From Gaiellales bacterium (GTDB lineage: Bacteria > Actinomycetota > Thermoleophilia > Gaiellales > JAICJC01), in assembly GCA_038230835.1 (NCBI GenBank), contig JBBRMM010000011.1:52529-116528 (forward strand): 64,000 nt of DNA, in the 5' to 3' direction. Position numbers and translations under genes: made by a program. The notes below the pieces were generated by a model that was given only the letters and a program-made list of their open reading frames with translations, was not told the DNA's origin and did no database searches. Positions 42,719-52,994 of this stretch are shown piece after piece. The number at the start of each line of letters is the position of its first letter. Within the stretch, counting starts at the first letter, position 1.

Positions 42719-43148
42719 CGACCTGAAACGGGCAGGCGGCCAGCGGCAGCCCGTCGGGTGACTCGAGCATCAGGCGGTGCAGGCCGAAGGTGGGGATCGG
42801 CAATCCCTGGAGCGGGAGGATCAGCACGGCCTGCTGCTCCCAGCTGCGCGGGAGTTCCGGGTCGCGGTTGGCGGCCAGCATCACGTCGACTCGAAACAGC
42901 TCGCCCTGGTCGGCATCCACCAGCCGCAGGACGAGCGCGTGCTGGCCGTCGGACTCCTCGGGCGTGAGCATCACGCGCGCCACCACGGCGGCTGAGATCA
43001 CCGCCACCGGGGCGGGGTCAGGGGCCGGCTCTGGCAGTGCGAGCGGCTCCGTGACGTTCCATGTCGTCCAGCCGCCGTTGACGGCCGTGACACCTCCGCC
43101 AGGTTCCGGTTTGGCGAACTCGGCGAGAAAGAAACCATCGATGCGCAT
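42699..43148 (-). CDS. Hypothetical protein (149 aa)
   Basis: ATG at 43146..43148 in ORF 42699..43265. Protein-like composition. No family recognised with confidence. Confidence 0.45.
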   Translation of the reverse strand: MRIDGFFLAEFAKPEPGGGVTAVNGGWTTWNVTEPLALPEPAPDPAPVAVISAAVVARVMLTPEESDGQHALVLRLVDADQGELFRVDVMLAANRDPELPRSWEQQAVLILPLQGLPIPTFGLHRLMLESPDGLPLAACPFQVVKRYQG

Positions 43149-43167
43149 CACCGCGCACGCTACTCGA

Positions 43168-43896
43168 TCAACGAACCGCGACGCTCGGGTCGTACAGCTG
43201 GAGTGCGTGGCCGTGGAGGCGCAGCCAGCCGGCCTCGTCGCGCCAGGTGGGCCGCCGGTCTCCAACGAGGCGCCAGAACGCCGGCGAGTGATCGGGCCGG
43301 ATCAGGTGGCACAGCTCGTGCACCACCACATACTCGAGGACATCGAACGGCGCGAGCACGAGCCGCCACGAGAACGAGAGCGTCCGCCGGGCCGAGCACG
43401 AGCCCCACCTGGTGCGCTGGTCGCGTATCGACACCGACACCGGCTCGACACCGAGCGCACACGCTTCCCGAGTCACCAGCTGCGCGACCTGCGCGCGGGC
43501 CTCGCGGCGGTACCAGCGTTCGACGGCGGCGGTGGCCGCGGCCTGTGACCCCGACACCTCCACGATGCCGTCACGCCGGCGGACGCGCGGCTCTCCCGCG
43601 ACGTGCACGACGGGCAGCGCGGCACCGCCCAGCCACACAACCCCCGCCAGGGCGAGATGCGACTCACTGGTCGCCCTGCGCGCCTCGGCCAGCCGCTCAC
43701 CGATCCAGCCTCGATGGCTGTGGACGAACCGCGCCACCTGCCGCTGAGAGGCACCCACGGGTACCACGACCTCAGGAGCGCGGGCCGGGCGGATCACGAT
43801 TCGCATCCGGCGCGACCGCACGGATTCCCGAACCTCCACTCCGACGATGTCGTCGCCGATGGGGACGTCGAGCGGGCTGGGGAGCGTCCGTGCCAT
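43168..43896 (-). CDS. YgjP-like / DUF45 (M48-related) metal-dependent hydrolase
   Basis: RTRWGSCS, SFSWRL, HELCHL and PDHSPAFW are the family hallmarks. Confidence 0.85.
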   Translation of the reverse strand: MARTLPSPLDVPIGDDIVGVEVRESVRSRRMRIVIRPARAPEVVVPVGASQRQVARFVHSHRGWIGERLAEARRATSESHLALAGVVWLGGAALPVVHVAGEPRVRRRDGIVEVSGSQAAATAAVERWYRREARAQVAQLVTREACALGVEPVSVSIRDQRTRWGSCSARRTLSFSWRLVLAPFDVLEYVVVHELCHLIRPDHSPAFWRLVGDRRPTWRDEAGWLRLHGHALQLYDPSVAVR

Positions 43897-43946
43897 CCCA
43901 GGATCAAAGCAGTCGCGGCGGACGGCGACGGCAGCCCGCCGCCAGG

Positions 43947-44639
43947 TCAGGCGACCTGTGACTTGACATGCGCGATGTAGCCGCGCACGTCCCCCGCCGG
44001 CTCTGTGTAGGCGTCGCCGAGCGACGTCTCCATCGCTGTCATGTACTCCGTCGCCCAGTCGGGAAGGTGGTAGTCGATCGCGCGCAGGAACTCCAGGGAC
44101 GCCGCCAGGCGGATATCGGCGATCGAGGGGCTCGCTCCGCCGATGAACGGCCCGTTCTGGAGATAGAACGCCCGGTAGACGTCGAGCGGCTCGGCCAGCG
44201 CGGCCTCGGCGTCCTGCTGCGCGCGAGCCTTCATCTCGTCGTCGGCGTCGGAGGTGCCGACCTCACCCGGGTACTGGGGGAAGCCGAGTGCGGGGTAGGT
44301 GGCGCGCGTCAGCAGAGGGTAGAGCGTGCCGATCAGGTAGAACATGGCGCTGTCCACCATCGCCCGTTCGGCCGGCGCGGCCGGATAGAACTTCTCGAGG
44401 CTGTGCTTGTTGCACAGGTACTGCATGATCGCGCAGCTCTCCCACAGCGACCCCCGGGGCAGCCCCTGCTCCTCGATCATCGGCGTCAGATGGGCCGGGT
44501 CCTTCTGGAGGAACTCGGGCGTGGTCGTCTTGCCCCACACGTCGATCTCCTCGAAGTCCAGATTGGCGGCCCGAACGAAGATCCGCACGGTGAGGTTGTT
44601 GACGCTCGGCTTGAGCACGTTGAGGGTGATCGCAGCCAC
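43947..44639 (-). CDS. Glutathione S-transferase family protein
   Basis: 230 aa. Thioredoxin-like N-domain (LWESCAIMQYL) and a helical C-domain. Confidence 0.7.
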   Translation of the reverse strand: MAAITLNVLKPSVNNLTVRIFVRAANLDFEEIDVWGKTTTPEFLQKDPAHLTPMIEEQGLPRGSLWESCAIMQYLCNKHSLEKFYPAAPAERAMVDSAMFYLIGTLYPLLTRATYPALGFPQYPGEVGTSDADDEMKARAQQDAEAALAEPLDVYRAFYLQNGPFIGGASPSIADIRLAASLEFLRAIDYHLPDWATEYMTAMETSLGDAYTEPAGDVRGYIAHVKSQVA

Positions 44640-44672
44640 GTGATCCTCCTGGTCTGTCGGTCGTGGGTGGGT

Positions 44673-45253
44673 TCAGTATGGATCTTTCGGGGATCGGTCG
44701 TCCGAGAGCGTGGCGCGGGAACGTTCGACCAGCGCCTGAATGGCGTCCGCAAGGTGGCTCTCGGCGATGTTGTAGTCGCCGCACTGCAGGCGGATCCGAT
44801 GCGCCTCGAGCAGGACGTCGGAATGGGTGAACCCGAACGGCGGCTCGAAGCGGTAGGACGCGAGCTCGATCAGCAAGCCGAGCGGATCGGTGAAGTAGAT
44901 CGAGTCCATGAAGCCGCGGTCCTTGACGCCGCTGTGGGAGATCGTGCGCTCGTCGAGGCGCTCCACCGCCTGGTGGAATGTGGCCTGCGAGAGCGAGAAG
45001 GCGACGTGGTGCACGCAACCGGGATCGGTGGGGGTCGGCGTGGATCCGGCGTGCGCTCCTCGTTGGTGAAGACGGTGATCAGGCGGCCGTCCCCGGGATC
45101 GAAGTAGAGATGGCTCTCCGACGCGTTGTCGAGGTTCGGCTGCTCGAACACGAAGGGCATGCCGAGCACGCCCTCCCAGAAGTCGATCGACGTCTGCCGG
45201 TCGGCGCCGGTGATCGTGATGTGGTGCACGCCCTGGCTCTGGAGCTTTCTCAT
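44673..45253 (-). pseudogene. VOC-family (glyoxalase/ring-cleaving dioxygenase-like) gene split by a frameshift
   Basis: The N-terminal half is in ORF 44870..45253 (MRKLQSQGVHHITITGADRQTSIDFWEGVLGMPFVFEQPN...LITVFTNEE). The C-terminal half is in ORF 44673..45374 (DPGCVHHVAFSLSQATFHQAVERL...FMDSIYFTDPLGLLIELAS). The frames switch near 45030..45075. Confidence 0.6.
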
Positions 45254-46572
45254 GGGCTCGCCGTCTCGACCTCGTGCTCGACCAGTTTCGACTTGTAGTC
45301 GCTGCGCCGCAAGCTCGCGAATGGCACCAGATCGACCCGTGTCTGGACGACGAGCACATTGCGCAACTTCTCACGGATCGCGTCGGCGAGCGCGGGGTCC
45401 GGCGCGGTGTCGGCCGCGAGCTCGACGCTGATGGGCAGCGGCGGGTCCTGCTTGACTCCGGCCGCCGCCGGTTTGACGAGGATGTGGCCGCTGACCGCGG
45501 GCATGAAGGAGCTCACCACCTCGCGCACGGCCGAGGGAAAGACGTTGACGCCGCGGACGATCAGCATGTCGTCCGTGCGTCCGATGCAGCGAACCCGCGG
45601 CCCGGTGCGGCCGCAGGAGCACGGGCTCATCTGGATGTGCACGTGGTCACGGGTGCGGAAACGCAGCAGCGGTGCGCCTCGGTGCCGCAGGTGCGTGAGC
45701 ACGAGCTCGCCGGTGGCCCCGTCGCCCATCTCCACGGCGGCGCCGGTCTGCGGATCGACCAGCTCGGCGTGGACGAATCCGCGCGCGCCCAGGTGCATTC
45801 CGTCCTGGGCCTCGCACTCCCCCCACAGCGAGGCCCCGATGTCGCCGATGCCCATCGCCTCGGTGATGCGGGCGCCCCAGCCCTCCTCCAGTCTGGCACG
45901 GAACGCGGGCTCGCCACCACCGGGCTCACCCGCCACCAGCACCCGCTCGACGCTCGACCCGGCGAGGTCGACGTCGCGCTCGGCCGCCCATTCGATCAGA
46001 TAGGCGGCGTACGACGGCGTGACCACCGCGGCGTCGGGGCGGAGCAGGTCGATCGCCAGCATCAGCCGGTCGGTGTTCCCGGTGCCGACCGGGATGTGGC
46101 ACAGGCCGATGCGTTCGAAGGCGGCGAGGGCGGCGCCGGCCACGAACGGCCCGGCGTTGTAGGTGGACACGATGCGCTGGCCGGCGACGACTCCCGAGGC
46201 GGCGTAGCTGCGCGCGGAGCCCGTCACCCAGTTGTCGACATCCGCGGTGGTCAACGGGATGTAGCTGGGCGTCCCGGTGGTGCCGCTGGTGGAGTAGATG
46301 CGGGCGATCTCGGACGGAGCGGCGCAGAGATGCGCGCCGATCGGGTTCTCCGGCGTCGACGTCGCCTTGAGCTCGTACTTGTCCGTCAGCGGCAGTCGCG
46401 AGATGTCGGCGAGGCCGCCCGCCGATCCGGCGGAGGCGAATCCGGCCGCGGCGAGCTTCTCGCGATAGAACGGGGAGCGATCGAACAGGTACCCGAGTTG
46501 CGTGCGATAGCTCGCATCGTCGATCGCGAGTTGCTCGGGCCACGGACGGGCCTCGACCTCGGGCGCGAGCAT
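45250..46572 (-). CDS. Phenylacetate-CoA ligase-like adenylate-forming enzyme (PaaK / coenzyme F390 synthetase family)
   Basis: 440 aa. YSTSGTTGTPS, YNAGPF, GEPGG, GIGD, RTDDMLIVRGVNVFP. Confidence 0.82.
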   Translation of the reverse strand: MLAPEVEARPWPEQLAIDDASYRTQLGYLFDRSPFYREKLAAAGFASAGSAGGLADISRLPLTDKYELKATSTPENPIGAHLCAAPSEIARIYSTSGTTGTPSYIPLTTADVDNWVTGSARSYAASGVVAGQRIVSTYNAGPFVAGAALAAFERIGLCHIPVGTGNTDRLMLAIDLLRPDAAVVTPSYAAYLIEWAAERDVDLAGSSVERVLVAGEPGGGEPAFRARLEEGWGARITEAMGIGDIGASLWGECEAQDGMHLGARGFVHAELVDPQTGAAVEMGDGATGELVLTHLRHRGAPLLRFRTRDHVHIQMSPCSCGRTGPRVRCIGRTDDMLIVRGVNVFPSAVREVVSSFMPAVSGHILVKPAAAGVKQDPPLPISVELAADTAPDPALADAIREKLRNVLVVQTRVDLVPFASLRRSDYKSKLVEHEVETASP

Positions 46573-47369
46573 CAGCGCCTCCCGCCTTCGGGCTGGGGCT
46601 GGTACTCGATTGCCTGCTCTGCGTGCCCCGCCATCAGGAAGCCGATCGGCTGCTGCTGCTCTTCGGCCAGGTGTGCGAGCAGACCCGCGGTGCGGGCGAG
46701 CAGCGGAACCGCCTTCACGGTGGCGGACGAGAAGCCCAGGTCCAGCATCACGGCCGCGATGGGCATGGCGACGTTCATGGTGAGCGGCCTACCCCAGGCG
46801 TCGGCCACGGCGTCGCGGAACGAGCGCGCAAGCTGAACGTGCGGTCCGCTCACTCCGCGGGCGTCGGCAAGCTCGAGAATCCGCTCCGCGCGCGGGTCGA
46901 GCGGACGGTGTACCGGGTGCCCGAATCCCGGGGCCTTGCCTCCCGCGGCGCGGATCGCATGCGCCATCTCGTCGGCGACCTCATCGGGCGCGCCGCCGCC
47001 GAGTACCTTGCCTTGCCCCTCCACCAGCAGCCGGGCGCACAACTCGGACGTGCCGAGGACGACTGGGCCACAGCCGAGGATTCCGGCCGCGACGGCCCCT
47101 TGCAGCGAACCCGGGTCGGCCGCGAGCGTCATCCGGGCGGCGACGTTGGTCGGCATCATGCCGTGCTCGGCGATGGCGATCAGGAGCAGATCGAGAAAGT
47201 AGCGCTGGTCGTCGGTCGGCTCGCTGCCGGTCAGCAGCAGGTGGAAGTACTCGGTGAAGCTCAACCTGCCCATCAGGTCGCCGCAGAGGTCATGCCCCCG
47301 CACCTCCACCCGGTTCGGGTATGCCTGGCAGATACCGCTGACAGGGATCCCGGGCTTACCGATCTGCAT
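46572..47369 (-). CDS. Citrate-synthase-fold protein, citryl-CoA lyase-like (short form)
   Basis: 265 aa. LLIAIAEHGMMPTN, GFGHPVH, ARTAGLLAHLAEE. The stop overlaps the PaaK-like start by 1 nt. Confidence 0.55.
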   Translation of the reverse strand: MQIGKPGIPVSGICQAYPNRVEVRGHDLCGDLMGRLSFTEYFHLLLTGSEPTDDQRYFLDLLLIAIAEHGMMPTNVAARMTLAADPGSLQGAVAAGILGCGPVVLGTSELCARLLVEGQGKVLGGGAPDEVADEMAHAIRAAGGKAPGFGHPVHRPLDPRAERILELADARGVSGPHVQLARSFRDAVADAWGRPLTMNVAMPIAAVMLDLGFSSATVKAVPLLARTAGLLAHLAEEQQQPIGFLMAGHAEQAIEYQPQPEGGRR

Positions 47370-47387
47370 GCAACCGCCTCCGTTCTG

Positions 47388-47411
47388 CTGGTCGGCGCCG
47401 GCGCCGACCAG
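47388..47411. promoter_or_regulatory. Perfect 24-bp palindrome directly upstream of the citryl-CoA-lyase-like gene's SD
   Basis: ctggtcggcgcc|ggcgccgaccag. It ends 19 nt before the ATG at 47369, with GGAGG in between. Confidence 0.3.
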
Positions 47412-47485
47412 GCACCGATGCGACGCTATGCATTGCGGACGCGGCCGTCAAGGGCGAAGCTTGCGGCTCACTCGGGCGCAGCGTG

Positions 47486-47530
47486 CCGGTGACGTGGGGA
47501 TCCGACTCGGCCGGCGTCCCACATCACCGG
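47486..47530 (-). terminator. Stem-loop terminator after nrdJ
   Basis: 14-nt arms ccggtgacgtgggg / tcccacatcaccgg (12 Watson-Crick pairs plus 1 G-T) around a 17-nt loop, 10 nt downstream of the nrdJ stop (47540). Confidence 0.5.
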
Positions 47531-47539
47531 CACATCTCC

Positions 47540-50278
<2,739 letters not shown>

Positions 50279-50308
50279 GCCGTGTGCTCCTTTCGACCCC
50301 TGTACATT

Positions 50309-50812
50309 CTATCGAACACGTGTTCGTTCTGCCACAGATTTCGTCGACCTCCGGGCCGACGCCTTGCGGCCCTCGAGCTTGGCCAGTTCACGCTTGAACT
50401 CGTCCACGTCCTGGAAGTCGCGGTACACCGACGCGAACCGCACGTAGGCCACCCGGTCGAGCTCGCGCAGGACGCGCAGGGCGTGCTCGCCGATGCTGTC
50501 GGCGGGCACCTCGGCGCTGATGCCGTTGCGCAGCCCGGCCTCGATCGTGACCACCGCGCGCTCGATCTGCTCCAGTGACACGGGGCGCTTGACGCAGGCC
50601 CGGGATAGTCCGGCCAGCAGCTTGGCGCGGTCGAAGGGCTGTCGAGAACCGTCCCGTTTGACGACGTGGAGCGGCGCCTCCTCGACCCGCTCGAAGGTCG
50701 TGAAGCGCTGCGAGCAGATCAGGCACTCGCGCCGCCGCCGGATCGCGCCGCGACCCGCCACTCGGCTGTCGACGACCTTGGTCTCACCATGTTCGCAGAA
50801 AGGACAGTTCAT
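50309..50812 (-). CDS. nrdR: Transcriptional repressor NrdR
   Basis: ATG at 50810..50812 (MNCPFCEHGETKVVDSR ... CLICSQRFTTFE zinc ribbon), followed by an ATP-cone. 30 nt upstream of nrdJ. Confidence 0.93.
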   Translation of the reverse strand: MNCPFCEHGETKVVDSRVAGRGAIRRRRECLICSQRFTTFERVEEAPLHVVKRDGSRQPFDRAKLLAGLSRACVKRPVSLEQIERAVVTIEAGLRNGISAEVPADSIGEHALRVLRELDRVAYVRFASVYRDFQDVDEFKRELAKLEGRKASARRSTKSVAERTRVR

Positions 50813-50823
50813 GGGTCCTTGTT

Positions 50824-50867
50824 CTACATCTAGTGGCTCAATCCTGCGCCATACACAAGATGTGGTG
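50824..50867 (-). promoter_or_regulatory. Two NrdR-box-like palindromes upstream of nrdR-nrdJ
   Basis: Box 1 is ctacatctagtggc (50824..50837; minus strand gCCACTAGATGTAG). Box 2 is tacacaagatgtggtg (50852..50867). Both resemble the acaCwAtATaTwGtgt consensus. Their centres are about 30 nt apart. Confidence 0.55.
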
Positions 50868-50970
50868 CTACGGAGTAGAGCCGGGACGTGTAGTGTGGCG
50901 CGTCCGTCGGACGGACAAGTGGATCTCTTGCAACCATGCCGAACGCGCTCGGGCGAGGAGCGGCTACCGA

Positions 50971-51585
50971 TCAGGCGGCGAGCATCTCGGACACCGTCAC
51001 GCACCGATAGCCCATCGAGCTCAGCTGCGGCAGGGCGACCGAGAGCGCCTCGGCGGTCGCGCTGCGATCGCGCACGGTGGAGGTTGCGGGCGGCCAGTGG
51101 TCGTGCAGATCGACGATCGCCCCGGGAGCCGCCTCGTTGACGATCACCCGCGCGATCGCCGCCGGATCCGTCTCCAGGAAGTCGCGCGGGTCGATCGACC
51201 ACAGGGCCGTGGTGGGCAGGCCTCGCTCCGCGGCCAGCCGGGCGCAGCGCAGGTGATCCTCGCCGTACGGCGGGCGAAAGATCTGCGGCCGGCCGCCCAG
51301 CAGGCGCTGGCAGCGTGCGATGTCATGTGCCAGCTCGGCGTCCTCGAACTGCAGAGCGTGCGGATGCGAGAAGGTGTGGTTGCCCACCTCGTGCTCCTCG
51401 GCGATGGTGCGCGCGAGCACCTCCTCGTACCCCTCGATCGAGCATCCCAGGACGAAGAATGTGCCCCGGGCCTGATGCTCGCCGAGCACATCGAGCACCG
51501 CCTCCGTGTGGGGCCCCGGCCCGTCGTCGAAGGTCAGGCAGAGCAACCGTGCGGCCAGGTCGGAGCGTGCCGAGACGATTGTCAC
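50971..51585 (-). CDS. Polysaccharide deacetylase (NodB homology, CE4)
   Basis: LTFDDGP, HTFSHP, RPPYG. 4-nt overlap with the upstream epimerase gene. Confidence 0.88.
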   Translation of the reverse strand: MTIVSARSDLAARLLCLTFDDGPGPHTEAVLDVLGEHQARGTFFVLGCSIEGYEEVLARTIAEEHEVGNHTFSHPHALQFEDAELAHDIARCQRLLGGRPQIFRPPYGEDHLRCARLAAERGLPTTALWSIDPRDFLETDPAAIARVIVNEAAPGAIVDLHDHWPPATSTVRDRSATAEALSVALPQLSSMGYRCVTVSEMLAA

Positions 51586-52505
51586 CCGCGCAGGCAGGCC
51601 AGCGTCGTCGAGAGCCCGTCGGCCATCGAGGTGCCCGCGCGCCAGCCCAGCTCGGCGGCCGCCAGCGCGCAGTCCAGGCAGCTGCGGTCGAGCTCGCCCA
51701 GCCGCGGGGGGCGGTGGTCAGGCGCGATCGCCGTGCCGGCGGCCGCCTGGCAGGCCGCCAGCAGGTCCACCACATTGGTCTCGACCTGCGTGCCGATATT
51801 GAACACCCGCCCGGTACCGCGGTAGCCCAGAGCCCGCAGGTTGGCCCCCACGACGTCACTCACGTACACGTAGTCGCGGGTCTGCAGGCCGTCGCCGAAG
51901 ATCACCGGCGTCTCGCGGGCGATCAGCTTGCCGAAGAAGATGGCCACGACGCCGGCCTCTCCGTGGGGATCCTGCCGCGGGCCGTAGACGTTGCCGTAGC
52001 GAAGGGTGAGGTGGGCGCTGCCGTAGAGCCGGTTGTAGAGCGCCAGGTAGTGCTCTCCGCACAGTTTGCTGACGCCGTAGGGGGCCATCGCCGCGCTCGG
52101 CGTGGACTCGGGCGAGGGGATGGTGTCCACCTCGCCGTAGATCGCCCCACCGGTGGAGGAGAAGATCACCCTCGCGTCCACCCTCCTGGCGGCCTCCACC
52201 ACCTCGGCGGTGCCACGCACGTTGACGTCCGCGTCGAGGCCCGGATCGTCGACCGACACCCGCACGTCTGCCTGGGCGGCGAGGTGGAAGATCACCTGCG
52301 GTCGCAGGTCGTCCACCAGTCCGCGCAGCGCGGACGCGTCGCGGATGTCGATCCGGCGGAAGTCGGCCCCCTGCGGGATCCGGTCGCGCCGGCCGCCGGC
52401 CAGGTTGTCGACCACCACCACCTGGTCGCCGCGGTCGATCAGCGCATCGGCCACATGGGAGCCGATGAAGCCGGCGCCGCCGGTGACGATCGCGCGGATG
52501 GGCAT
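51582..52505 (-). CDS. NAD-dependent nucleotide-sugar epimerase/dehydratase (GalE-like SDR)
   Basis: VTGGAGFIGSH, catalytic YGVSKLCGE, RYGNVYGPRQ. Confidence 0.85.
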   Translation of the reverse strand: MPIRAIVTGGAGFIGSHVADALIDRGDQVVVVDNLAGGRRDRIPQGADFRRIDIRDASALRGLVDDLRPQVIFHLAAQADVRVSVDDPGLDADVNVRGTAEVVEAARRVDARVIFSSTGGAIYGEVDTIPSPESTPSAAMAPYGVSKLCGEHYLALYNRLYGSAHLTLRYGNVYGPRQDPHGEAGVVAIFFGKLIARETPVIFGDGLQTRDYVYVSDVVGANLRALGYRGTGRVFNIGTQVETNVVDLLAACQAAAGTAIAPDHRPPRLGELDRSCLDCALAAAELGWRAGTSMADGLSTTLACLRG

Positions 52506-52570
52506 GGCCGGGCAGGATACCCGCCGGACAGCCCCGCGGCGTCGGCGATCCGGCGTGCGATGATGCCGGG

Positions 52571-52987
52571 ATGGAGCAGCGGGTCAGCCTGGTCACGCTC
52601 GGCGTCGCCGACCTCGGCCGTGCCCGGGCCTTCTACGAGGCGCTCGGGTGGCGCAGCGGGGCCGCACCTGATGACGACGTGGTCTTCTTCCAGACCGGCG
52701 GAATGGTGCTCGCGCTGTGGGACCGCACCCGGCTCGCCGCGGACAGCGGTGTGGCCGACCGGCCCGGGTTCGGCGGCATCGTGCTCGCCCACAACGTGCG
52801 CTCCCCCGCTCAGGTGGAGTCCGTGGTCGCGGCTGCAGAGGCCGCCGGCGCGACCGTCACCCGACCGCCGGCAGCCACCTTCTGGGGTGGCTTCTCGGGG
52901 GCGTTCCGCGATCCCGACGGCCATCCCTGGGAGGTCGCCCACAACCCGCACTGGACGCTGGCCGAGGACGGCTCGGTTCACCTGTAG
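52571..52987 (+). CDS. VOC-family protein (glyoxalase/bleomycin-resistance fold)
   Basis: 138 aa. LVTLGVADLGRARAFYEALGW and FRDPDGHPWEVAHNP. Confidence 0.85.
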   Translation: MEQRVSLVTLGVADLGRARAFYEALGWRSGAAPDDDVVFFQTGGMVLALWDRTRLAADSGVADRPGFGGIVLAHNVRSPAQVESVVAAAEAAGATVTRPPAATFWGGFSGAFRDPDGHPWEVAHNPHWTLAEDGSVHL

Positions 52988-52994
52988 ACGTCGG

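Noticed and set aside
50279-50308. A possible cobalamin riboswitch or other leader element in front of nrdJ.
   Set aside because: Only 30 nt separate nrdR from nrdJ, and they contain just an SD. That is too short for any riboswitch.
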